Of a DNA stretch of 29,159 bases, positions 15,003 to 24,900 are shown in pieces. The stretch covers positions 1 through 29,159 of IMG/VR virus record IMGVR_UViG_3300026453_000028, one strand, 5' to 3'. The translations under genes and the position numbers were made by a program. Source of the stretch: a virus. Taxonomy: Duplodnaviria; Caudoviricetes. The notes under the pieces are model-generated. The model saw only the letters and a list, made by a program, of their open reading frames with translations, was not told the origin of the DNA and did no database searches. Every line of letters begins with the position of its first letter. Position 1 is the first letter of the stretch.

Positions 15003-15890
15003 ATGCCAACTTACAATTTTAAACAAGAGGCACAAGTCTTTATAGTTAGCGGAGGAAACAGACACAGAATAGATGTTACTGATGTATCAATCGGACAAAC
15101 GTTCTCTGAGTCTAGCTATCCCGTTAAAACTCTGCACGCACAGTCAAATGTATTTGAAGCCAGTGTAATTAACAAAGCAAATGCAGGCACATTTTCATTT
15201 TCTCTGCCTGTAGTTACTGAAAGTGATTACACAATTATTGAAACACTACTACTAGGTGCTACTTCTTTTGATTTGTTTGTAAAAACAGAAGCTGATACTT
15301 TTAAACTAGAAACCGCGGTTATGACAAATGGGAGTTTCGTTATCGAGCGATCTCGGCCCCTGAGTTTAGAAATTAGCGGAGAAGGTGGAAAGCTGACAAG
15401 AGGAGCAACGCTTACAGGAACATTACAAGATAGAAGTGCAACAAGTACTTTTTTACTTCCTATTGTAGATGTATCTGTAAATAGCACAACCCTCACCCAT
15501 GTTGCACGAGTGACAATGGAGTTACAAAATGAAATACAATGGACTCCATATACTACAGTTAATAGTGCGATATCGGCAACTTCAGCAACCAATTCGATGT
15601 ATCCATCAGGGTTTGCACTCAAAAAGAAAATACTCGCAGGGTCGATCTCTCAATATTTACTAGATGATAATACTAGTAATGTTCAAGATTGGGACCATGA
15701 TGCCACTATTAACATAAAAGCAGGAAACGGGCAATCTGGAAACAATTTTAGAGGGTTTAGTTTTGGAGATGCTACTTGTAGCTTCACAAACAGACTATCA
15801 ACTGGAGATGTATTTTTACAAAACTACGATTGGCGAATGACACAAAATCCAGCTGATCTAGGAACAATACTTAAATATAAAACTGACTGA
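15003..15890 (+). CDS. Baseplate tube / minor tail protein (T5 p140-like)
   Basis: Size, beta-rich tube-like sequence (GQTF...KTLH...NKANAGTFSF) and position between tail tube and chaperones. Confidence 0.78.
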   Translation: MPTYNFKQEAQVFIVSGGNRHRIDVTDVSIGQTFSESSYPVKTLHAQSNVFEASVINKANAGTFSFSLPVVTESDYTIIETLLLGATSFDLFVKTEADTFKLETAVMTNGSFVIERSRPLSLEISGEGGKLTRGATLTGTLQDRSATSTFLLPIVDVSVNSTTLTHVARVTMELQNEIQWTPYTTVNSAISATSATNSMYPSGFALKKKILAGSISQYLLDDNTSNVQDWDHDATINIKAGNGQSGNNFRGFSFGDATCSFTNRLSTGDVFLQNYDWRMTQNPADLGTILKYKTD

Positions 15891-15902
15891 GGAGGTCAAT
15901 AA

Positions 15903-16355
15903 ATGCAACTTAAACAACTTATGGTCGACAGCAAATCTGTCTGGATTGATTTTCCTGGGCTATCAGGATTTTCAATAGAAGTCGCGAATCTTTCGCGCAA
16001 AGAGCTTACTAATTTACGAAAGCGATGTACAACTCAAAAGTTTGATCGTAAAGCTCGTACTCTTGTAGAAGACTTAAATGAAGAAAAATTTGTAGTAGAA
16101 TTTGCAGAAGCAAGTATTAAAAACTGGAAAGGACTTACTCTTGAGCACTTAGAAACTTTAATTTTAATTGATGCTGGAGCACAAGATCCAAATACAGAAG
16201 TAGAATATTCAAAAGAAAACGCAGAAGTACTTGTGCAAAACTCTACAGAATTTGATACATGGCTAAACGAGGTGGTTTTTGACCTTGATAATTTTCGTTC
16301 AAGAGCAGAAAAGCCTAGCCCTAGAAAGACTGGAAAAGCTGTACCGAAACAGTGA
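15903..16355 (+). CDS. Tail assembly chaperone (gpG-like)
   Basis: GAGGAGG RBS; IKNWKGLT motif; upstream of the tape measure gene. Confidence 0.82.
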   Translation: MQLKQLMVDSKSVWIDFPGLSGFSIEVANLSRKELTNLRKRCTTQKFDRKARTLVEDLNEEKFVVEFAEASIKNWKGLTLEHLETLILIDAGAQDPNTEVEYSKENAEVLVQNSTEFDTWLNEVVFDLDNFRSRAEKPSPRKTGKAVPKQ

Positions 16356-16692
16356 AACCGGAATGACTCGAGATAGATATTTCGAGATGATGGAACAATT
16401 AGAGCAAGAGCCCAAAGAGGAGGAGATACCTCCAGACTTTGAAGACTTGCCAGAAATATTTGCATATGCCGTACAGACTTTTAATCTTTTAGGAGATAAA
16501 ATAGTAGGAGATATAGGGTACATAGGCAAAGATTACACAAACTTACCTCATATGATAGAAACGTGGGGTATAGAAGATAAAGAATATTTCTTAGAAATAC
16601 TGAGTTGGTTAGACTCAAGAGCTATGAAAAAATCCTCTGAACAAATGAAAAGGGAGAGGGAAAAGCTAAAGAGACAGTCGCGTGGCAAATGA
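16279..16692 (+). CDS. Tail assembly chaperone C-terminal ORF (gpT-like), in the +1 frame
   Basis: Overlaps the upstream chaperone by 77 nt, has only a TTG start at this position, and directly precedes the TMP. Confidence 0.78.
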   Translation: MTLIIFVQEQKSLALERLEKLYRNSETGMTRDRYFEMMEQLEQEPKEEEIPPDFEDLPEIFAYAVQTFNLLGDKIVGDIGYIGKDYTNLPHMIETWGIEDKEYFLEILSWLDSRAMKKSSEQMKREREKLKRQSRGK

Positions 16693-19600
16693 AATCGTAA
16701 TTAAGGTCAAACTGGATCAAGACGGTAGTTTTAAGCTTGTAGAACAACAAGCAAAGAAAGCTGCAAAAGCTACAGATGACCTTGGTAAATCACGAAATCG
16801 CTACAATAAAGGCGAAAAAGGTGTAGCGGGCGCTACAGCAAACGGCACAAAAGCATTTAGTAAAATGCGGGACTCAATGACCGGAAGTACTGGTCTTGTA
16901 AGTGCGTATGCTGTTTTAGCTTCTAACGTTTTCGCAGCTACTGCTGCATTTAATGCCTTTAGTAGGGCCGCTCAAGTATCTCAACTAGAAAAAGGATTGA
17001 TCGCAGTAGGCGCCGCCGCAGGACAAAATCTTCCGGATGTAGCTCAAGGACTTAGAAATATTACGGGCGAAGCTCTTTCTGCTGAACAAGCAATGAGAGC
17101 TACTGCTCTTGCTTCCGCATCGGGTTTCCGCTCCGATCAACTTAACAATCTTGCAAAAGTTGCAAAAGGCGCTTCTCTTGCTTTGGGCAGAGATATGTCT
17201 GATGCTCTTGATCGTCTTGTTCGAGGTACTGCAAAGGTCGAACCAGAAATCTTAGATGAATTAGGCATTTTTGTTAGGCTCGATGAAGCAGTAAGAATTT
17301 ATGCTGATCGTTTAGGAGTTGCTGAAACTTCTTTGACTCAATACGAGAGAAGTCAAGCATTCTTAAATGCAACAATTGAACAAGGTTTGAAAAAATATGA
17401 AGATTTAAGTCAACAAATTGATCCAAACCCTTATGATAAACTATCTGCTGCGCTACAAAATTTACAAAAAAATGTATTAGGATTTGTGAATGGTTTCTTA
17501 GGTTTAGGAGATATGGTAGGATTTGCATCTAGAAACCTACTTTCTTTAACGGCAGTAGCAACGACTCTTGGGGGTGCAGTTACTAGCAGTGTTGCTCCAG
17601 GCTTACTAAGAATGGCGGATGCTTCTCGAGAAAATGCAGAAGCGTCTTTTGATGCACACACGGCAACTGCAAAACAGCTAACGACCGCGGGTAAGTTACC
17701 GAAAAAATTCACAGCCTTAATTGATAAATTAGAAGACGGCACAGCAACAACAGCCGAATACAAAGAAGCAAATCTTAGTTTAGTAAGATCTTACGCTGGT
17801 GTAAGTGGTCAAATTAGTCGGCAAGAAAATGAAATTTCTAAAAGTGGAGTAGCGACTGAAGCACAAACAAAAAGTTTATCTAAGTTACGAGAGCAGCAGG
17901 AAGAATACGGAAATAGACTTACTCAGTTAAAAGATATTCAAGCTTCTCAAAGAATGGCTAGTATAGAATCTAGCAGAGCTTCTGCTGTTCAAAATGCAGC
18001 AAACCTTAATCTATTTGCTTCTTTTAAAGATTTAGGTCAAGCTCATACCGAAGATATTGAAAGAACTACAGAAGCAACTAAAGGTAAAAAAGGACTTGGA
18101 AAAACTATAAAAGGGTTAGGTCCTGCTGCACGAACTGCTGCAGGGGGCGTAAAAGTATTAGGAACAGCATTCTTTACAGCTCTTCCTTATATTGGACTAA
18201 TTATTTCTGGTATAAGTATTTTATACGGAATAATTAAAGAAAAGTTTTTTCCTGAAGACATAGTACAAAAACGAATAGATGATGCTGTAAAATCTTTTGA
18301 AAATTTTGCAGAAATAACAGCGGCTTTCGATAGAAATACCTCTGAAGGCGGACAACGTTTAGGCGAATCGTATATTGCAATTGCTGGTATACTAGATCAG
18401 ATACGCGGCAAAATTCAAGATGTAGTTACTGCAAATGTATCTGATCTTGGAAAAACTATGCGAGACGAAACTAAAGAAGTAGAAAAGCAGATTGCTCTCC
18501 AAGAAGAGAAAGCTCTACAATTAGAAGGCATGCAAAAATCGCAAAACAGGGTTCGAGGTCAAGCACTGTTAATAAGTCAAATAGAAAACCAGATAGCTCA
18601 ATCTAAACAAAAACAGGCATACCTTGAAGCTAATTTAGCAAATGCGCAGTCTAGGAGAGGAGAAGCTGAAAAGAAGGCTGCAAATGAAATATTGTCCGGA
18701 GCGTTATTAGAGTTTGAAGTTCAAATGAAGCTAAACAAAGCCACAAAAGCAAATGCCTTTAATACTAAGCTAACCTCAGAAACCTACGGTAAATTAGTTG
18801 CGCTTCAGAAACAGTTAGATGCTGGAGAATTAGACTTTACGGATTTCTTAGTTCAATTAGAACTTATTCAACGATTCCCAAATGAAATAAGAAATTCTTT
18901 TCAAAACTTAAATACTACTGTTGCTGAGTTTAATGGAATTATGTCAAAGCGTCAGCAAAAAGCAAAAGTACTATTTGACCAAGAGGAAGAAGGCGCTCAA
19001 GCAATTCTGGATAAATTTGAAGCAGTTTCAAAGAAAGCACAAGAAACAGAAAGAGTTCCTCCAAGCATACTAAATGGATTTAAAGCTTTTCAAAAAGCAA
19101 CCCCTGCGGCTGAAGAAGCACGGGCCGCCCTTGAAGAGCTAGAAAAACAGTTAGAAAACTTGAGAATTCCTGAGGAATTTAAGACAGGCCTTCCTGGATT
19201 ACAAGCTTTTGTAGACAAAATACAAGATTCACGAGATGCTATAAATACTTTAACAGTAAGTTTATCACAACAAAAAGAAGCACTCAAAGCATTAGAATCT
19301 AATATGAAAGGTGTGGGGGGCGCTCAAGTCATCTTAGGCGAAGAGCGAAACAAGATGCTTGAAACAGAAGCAAGTTTGATCGAAAGACAGATACAAGCAG
19401 AAAAAGACTTGTTCGTAGCTTCAGATCCTACACTCAGTGCTGAAGCAAAGCAAGCGGAATTTGAAGCGCAGGATCATATTGTAAAATTAAGAGCGCAAGA
19501 AGTTGCCAACGCAGAAAAAGTTGTAAATATAAAAGTTGCAGAAAAACAAGCAGCTTTAGATGTTTTAAAAGTTCAAGAGCAACAAAACAGGCTTTCAGCA

Positions 19601-21196
19601 GAAAGAGTAAAAAATGATCTTCGTATATTAAAAGTTCAGCAACAGTTAAGTGGCGGACAAGTTACTAAAGCAGAGGCTTTCCAGCAGGAAGTAGCAGCAG
19701 CAGAAGCAGCTTTAGCAGCAGCACAGGCTGAGTTAGTTGTAACTAGTATGAGGCTTGAGATAGAATATGAAATACTTCGTTTAAAATTCCTAGAAGACGA
19801 AGTAATAAGCGGAGCAGAGCAAAAAGTATTAGATTTACTTTTGCAGCAACAAGCAGTAGTTAAGGCCACTGCCGCAGAAAAAGTTAGAGGCGCACAAATA
19901 GGTGTAACTGAAGCAATTGCTGGAGGAGTAGCAAGTCAAACTACTCCTGTATTTAGTGGTGCTAGAGGCATGACTTCCGATGCTACCGCCACTAGAGATG
20001 CTGCAATGACCGGAGCGGATAATGTTGCCGCCGCCGCAGTGCAACAACAAGCTGCGCAAGACAATCTTGACAGCGGAATGTTTAACACTCTGGCAGAGGT
20101 ACAGGCAGCAGAAGCAGCAGTACTTCAAGCACAGAAAAATACAAAATCAGCAAGTATTGCAATGATAGCAGGGGTAGTGGATGCTCAAGCTCAGGCATTA
20201 GCTAAGTTGGGTCCTGAAGGAGAGCTTGCGGCTTCTTTTGCAACTTTTAGTGCAGATTTAATGGTCAACTTAGATAACTTTGCTAATGCGGCGGAAGGAA
20301 GCGCAGAAAGAACTGCTGCTGCTTTCCAAGCCGCCGCTGCAGCAATTGCAGGAATTGCTCAAATTATGGCTGCTAAAAGTAAGGCACAGATTGCAGAAGT
20401 AGATAACCAAATTGCCGCAGAAAAGAGAAGAGACGGAAAGTCTAAAGAATCTGTTGCTAAAATTTCAGCCATGGAAAAGAGAAAAGAACAGCTTCAGCGT
20501 AAAGCATTCGAACAAAATAAGAAAATGCAGATGGCTACCGTTGTTGCAAATACTGCAATGTCAATCGCAGCAAACATGGCAGCAGCCTCTATAGCAGCTA
20601 CTCAAGCAGGTTTAGCCGCTCCCGCAGTTTTTGCAGGCTACTTGGGATTAATGAATGGTATTACTCTTGCAATGGGCGCAGCCCAATTAGCAGTTATTGC
20701 AGGAACTTCTTACCAAGGTGGAGGCTCCATTGGGGGCGGTGGAGCTGCGCCTTCTTCTAGCGTTTCAATCGGAGAAAGAAGAAAGAACGTTGACTTAGCA
20801 AAATCTCAGTCTGCTAGAGGTGAATTAGCATACTTTAGGGGAGAGTCTGGGCAAGGAGGTCCAGAAAGTTTTCGTTCTGCATTTGGCGGATATCGAAACC
20901 GTGCAGAAGGTGGAAATACTGCATTCATGGTTGGAGAACAAGGTCCAGAGCTGTTTGTACCAGAAGTTCCAGGAACTATTGTTGCAAATGATGACGTACA
21001 AGCAGGTGCGCCTACGAATGTAAGTTTTAATATTAATACTGTAGATGCATCAGGCGTAGAAGACTTACTTGTTGCACAAAGAGGAAACATAATCGGAATG
21101 ATTCGACAAGCCGCAAATTCATATGGGCAGGACTTCGTAGAAGAAGTTGATACTTCAGTATTCAACGAAACAACAAGCGGAGTATCTAGATACTAA
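16682..21196 (+). CDS. Tape measure protein (T5 pb2-like)
   Basis: 1504 aa, Ala/Gln-rich helical sequence with hydrophobic segments; EPEILDELGI and VGEQGPELFVP motifs. Confidence 0.95.
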   Translation: MANEIVIKVKLDQDGSFKLVEQQAKKAAKATDDLGKSRNRYNKGEKGVAGATANGTKAFSKMRDSMTGSTGLVSAYAVLASNVFAATAAFNAFSRAAQVSQLEKGLIAVGAAAGQNLPDVAQGLRNITGEALSAEQAMRATALASASGFRSDQLNNLAKVAKGASLALGRDMSDALDRLVRGTAKVEPEILDELGIFVRLDEAVRIYADRLGVAETSLTQYERSQAFLNATIEQGLKKYEDLSQQIDPNPYDKLSAALQNLQKNVLGFVNGFLGLGDMVGFASRNLLSLTAVATTLGGAVTSSVAPGLLRMADASRENAEASFDAHTATAKQLTTAGKLPKKFTALIDKLEDGTATTAEYKEANLSLVRSYAGVSGQISRQENEISKSGVATEAQTKSLSKLREQQEEYGNRLTQLKDIQASQRMASIESSRASAVQNAANLNLFASFKDLGQAHTEDIERTTEATKGKKGLGKTIKGLGPAARTAAGGVKVLGTAFFTALPYIGLIISGISILYGIIKEKFFPEDIVQKRIDDAVKSFENFAEITAAFDRNTSEGGQRLGESYIAIAGILDQIRGKIQDVVTANVSDLGKTMRDETKEVEKQIALQEEKALQLEGMQKSQNRVRGQALLISQIENQIAQSKQKQAYLEANLANAQSRRGEAEKKAANEILSGALLEFEVQMKLNKATKANAFNTKLTSETYGKLVALQKQLDAGELDFTDFLVQLELIQRFPNEIRNSFQNLNTTVAEFNGIMSKRQQKAKVLFDQEEEGAQAILDKFEAVSKKAQETERVPPSILNGFKAFQKATPAAEEARAALEELEKQLENLRIPEEFKTGLPGLQAFVDKIQDSRDAINTLTVSLSQQKEALKALESNMKGVGGAQVILGEERNKMLETEASLIERQIQAEKDLFVASDPTLSAEAKQAEFEAQDHIVKLRAQEVANAEKVVNIKVAEKQAALDVLKVQEQQNRLSAERVKNDLRILKVQQQLSGGQVTKAEAFQQEVAAAEAALAAAQAELVVTSMRLEIEYEILRLKFLEDEVISGAEQKVLDLLLQQQAVVKATAAEKVRGAQIGVTEAIAGGVASQTTPVFSGARGMTSDATATRDAAMTGADNVAAAAVQQQAAQDNLDSGMFNTLAEVQAAEAAVLQAQKNTKSASIAMIAGVVDAQAQALAKLGPEGELAASFATFSADLMVNLDNFANAAEGSAERTAAAFQAAAAAIAGIAQIMAAKSKAQIAEVDNQIAAEKRRDGKSKESVAKISAMEKRKEQLQRKAFEQNKKMQMATVVANTAMSIAANMAAASIAATQAGLAAPAVFAGYLGLMNGITLAMGAAQLAVIAGTSYQGGGSIGGGGAAPSSSVSIGERRKNVDLAKSQSARGELAYFRGESGQGGPESFRSAFGGYRNRAEGGNTAFMVGEQGPELFVPEVPGTIVANDDVQAGAPTNVSFNINTVDASGVEDLLVAQRGNIIGMIRQAANSYGQDFVEEVDTSVFNETTSGVSRY

Positions 21197-21927
21197 TGGC
21201 ACAGTTTAGTGAATTTCAAAATGTTCTGCCAGATCCCAACAACAGTATTGGATCTGCAGGACAATCTGCAGGAACTGCGGGCCCTGGCTATAAATCTGTA
21301 AAGATGACGTCAGAGCAGCCTTATATGCGCTCTCGTACAAACTCGGGCAGACTCATTGCACGCGCAACTGCGTTTCATAAGTGGAAAATAAATATTACTT
21401 ATAATCCGATGACTCGTGCAGAGTTTGAGCCAATTTATACGTTTCTTTTACAGCAACGGGGTCCATTAAATCCATTTTATGTTTCTCTGCCGCAGTATCG
21501 GGTGCCTCAAGATAGTAACTTTGCTACTCATGTTGCAAGTAATGATCTTGCAGTAACTTCGGCACACGCGGCAGGTAAAACAATTATGACTCTTGATGGA
21601 GGTTCGGATGGAAACTATACAATTGCTGCCGATAACACTCCTACCCCAGGAGACCTATTTACTGTTGCAGGCACAGACTCCAATCATGAAAAAGCATACA
21701 TGGTTACTCGAGTAGAGACCCCTACAGACTATAAAGACACTGCTCCTTCTGCGAATACTGTTCGTATTCATTTTGTTCCTGGACTAGCTCGTGCAGTTGC
21801 AAATAATGATGAAGTAAAGTTCCACAATCCATTTATCAAAGTTGTTCGAGTGGGCAACATTGAAGAATATTCTTTAAATACAAATAATTTGTATCAGTTC
21901 TCTTTGAATCTTGAGGAAGTACAGTAA
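21196..21927 (+). CDS. Distal tail protein (T5 pb9-like)
   Basis: LPDP...PGYKSV...WKINITYNPMT; directly after the TMP. Confidence 0.82.
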   Translation: MAQFSEFQNVLPDPNNSIGSAGQSAGTAGPGYKSVKMTSEQPYMRSRTNSGRLIARATAFHKWKINITYNPMTRAEFEPIYTFLLQQRGPLNPFYVSLPQYRVPQDSNFATHVASNDLAVTSAHAAGKTIMTLDGGSDGNYTIAADNTPTPGDLFTVAGTDSNHEKAYMVTRVETPTDYKDTAPSANTVRIHFVPGLARAVANNDEVKFHNPFIKVVRVGNIEEYSLNTNNLYQFSLNLEEVQ

Positions 21928-24900
21928 TGCCAATTAGAAGTTTAAATGCAGATTTAAGAGACGCGCTCCTTCGAGAAGACTCATTCGTATACGCACATCT
22001 CGTAAAGTTTGAGCGCCCAAAAAATATTGACGGTGATGAGCCAGAACGTGCTCTTACTGATTACATCTATTTAACTGATGGATCCTTTGATATCAGCTAT
22101 GATGATACTGATGATAGTACAAGCAACCCTCAGACATATATTGCAAATAAAGTACTAAAAGTTGGAGCAGTTTCAGAAACTATTGAAGCTCGAGCTACAA
22201 ATTTTACTTTACAAATTGATGCAACTGCTCTAAACACCACTCTTGAAGATAGTCTAACAATTACAACAAGCACAATTACTTCTTCAGAAAATCTTGTTGC
22301 AGAAGGGTTTCGAGAAGGTGATATTGTTGAGCTTGTCGCAAGTAGTGGCTCAAACAAAGGAAAACTTGTACGAATAAACTCTTTTAGTACAAACAATACT
22401 GTTGCAAATGTAACCGCGCTTGAAAATGCTTTAACGGCAGAGACAGGAACTTATACTCTTACATTCAAGAATCCAGAAGTAGAAGGGATAATTACAGACC
22501 GTACTGGAAATGGATACGCTAGGTATATTAATAGAGATGTATTTGTTTATAAAGCATTTATCAATCCAGAGACAGGAGAGATAATCGGAGAGCCTTATAC
22601 TCTTTTTAAAGGGATTATCGCCGGAGGAAAGATAGCAGAAGATCCAATGAAAGGATCAACTGTAACTTGGAATATTACTAGCCATTGGGGAGATTTTACT
22701 CGAGTACAGGGCCGTCTTACTTCAGACTCTCATCACCGAGCACTTGATCAAAATAATATTCCAGATCCAGAAGCAGCGATTCGTCCTGCGTATACATCTG
22801 ACTTAGGATTTTTACATAGCGAACAAGCTATTAACTTGGTAGCAATCTATCAGGTAAAAGAAACCCGTACCAAGATGAAAATGAAGCGCAAGTGGTATGG
22901 TTCCAAAAAATATAAGTTAATTGAGTATCAAGTAGAAGTAGATAGAGAAGCAGATTTACGCTTTAACTTAGAAGCAAAGTATCTACCTGTTGTGTATGGC
23001 GTAAACAAAATTGATAGTATTCCTGTATTTGTAGATACTTTAAATAATGACGCAAAACAAGTTTTTGTGGCTTACGCTATCTGTGAAGGACAGATTGGCG
23101 GACTATATGATATCTACTTTGACGATACTTCTTCTATATGTATTGATGAAAATGATAAAGATACTCGATCTACTCAAACGGCAGAAAACACAATTGATGT
23201 ACTTTGCCAAGGTAGAGCAGACAGAGGAGATGTACTTACTTCCCAAAATATTAACTCCTCTAATCTGGATACTGCGCTATCCGGCCTATACTCTTGGCCC
23301 TTTGATGGTAGTTGGGCAGATAGAAGAGAATTTGCAGAAAGTTTCAGACGAGAGTATCCTTACTTTACGCCTTTAGCAGACTCTTCTATTAGTGGAGGTG
23401 CAACTTCTCAAGGGGCAGGTATTACTCATGAAAAAGGCACAAAGTTTACTACTCCCATTGACGCAGTACTTACTTTTCATGCAGGTAAATCAGATCAAAA
23501 AGCAAACAGCACTCTTCTATCAAACTCAAGTAATTTTAAAATTGCAACAGATTACTATACAGGTGACGATCCATACTGGGGAGCCCAACATCAGTTATTA
23601 GATACTGCTTATACTGTAGCAAAGTATACAATCGGAGAAGGAGAGACTACTATTCCTTCTCTGGATTTTGTAGTACGTGGAAAAGGCGTAAACTGCTATA
23701 ACTATGATTTTTCATATGCGGATGATCTTGCACACACGGATGATTCTACCGCTTTCAATATAGGCCAAAAAGTAAATCTCAAGGCAACAGATGACGATTC
23801 TTTACTTCAGAGTAATATTCAGATAGCAGATATTTATACAATTACAAATATAAATGGAAATTTAGAAGCCAGAATAAGATTCGCAACAAAACCAGCATTA
23901 GGCACAAAAACTGCGTTTTACTTGACAGACGGTACAAACAACTATCATTTACTTACTTATGACCACGAAGAAAATACTGGAATTGTTCCTGCAATTTTGC
24001 AAGAAGAAATAACAAGTCAAGCAAACACAACAGTTAGCAGTGGAACAGGCATAGACGTAACAGTAGGAAATGGAAGTCCTAGTAGTGCAATGGAATTTGC
24101 ATTAACTCAGTCAGACTTTGCTTCTATTGCTGCAGAGGTAACAGGCACTGCCCCCGGGTTCCGTTCAGATCAACTTCATCAGTTTTATCTGCCAGAAAAC
24201 TATACACCTAATTCAGGCATTATTCAGGACATAGGAACAACTCAAACAGATGCGGAAGACGTAGTAAGTGAATTTATTACAGTACTAGATGGGATACAGC
24301 TTGCGAGTACTGCAAGCAGTACAAACGATGCTTATAATCTACGCTTTATAGAAGTAACTCATAACTTTGAAGATGGTAGCTCCCGTATTGAAAACAGAGT
24401 AATTGCTGATTATGATGGCACTACTAAAGTGGCAATGGTTAATACTCCTTTTGATCAAGCTCCTGCTCAAGGTGATACTTATAAGATTTTCTCTACTCAA
24501 CCAGATATACGAGTAAGTACTAACCCAGCCATGCAGCTTCTCGACTACTTGGTAGATGACAGATTCGGTCGAGCACTAGACATTGATATTGATGTTGATA
24601 AAGAATCTTTTTTCTCTGCTGCACGAGAATGCGATACTCGTTCAAATATATTTATGGTTGCAGAGAGTCAGCCTACAAATGGAGATGAGTATTATTATGA
24701 AGCTTTTAGTGGCGGAAAAGTTCTTTGGCAGGGTACTGTTAAAAGTAGTTCTGCTGTAACAATTTATACAGGACTCACACACTATCTTGTAGAATTTGAA
24801 AATGTATTTGGAAAGATTGCTCATAGACATGAAAACTGGAAATCATGGTATCAGGGAGAACTTTATTACTACGGTGGTAAGCTACATAAAGTTCCTAATA

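Noticed and set aside
16274-16283. G-GTT-TTT as a canonical -1 slippery site
   Set aside because: The -1 frame meets TGA immediately and does not reach the second chaperone ORF.
79-21165. Other alternative-frame and antisense ORFs nested in terL, portal, capsid, tube and tape measure genes
   Set aside because: No recognisable motifs; fully overlapped by well-supported genes.
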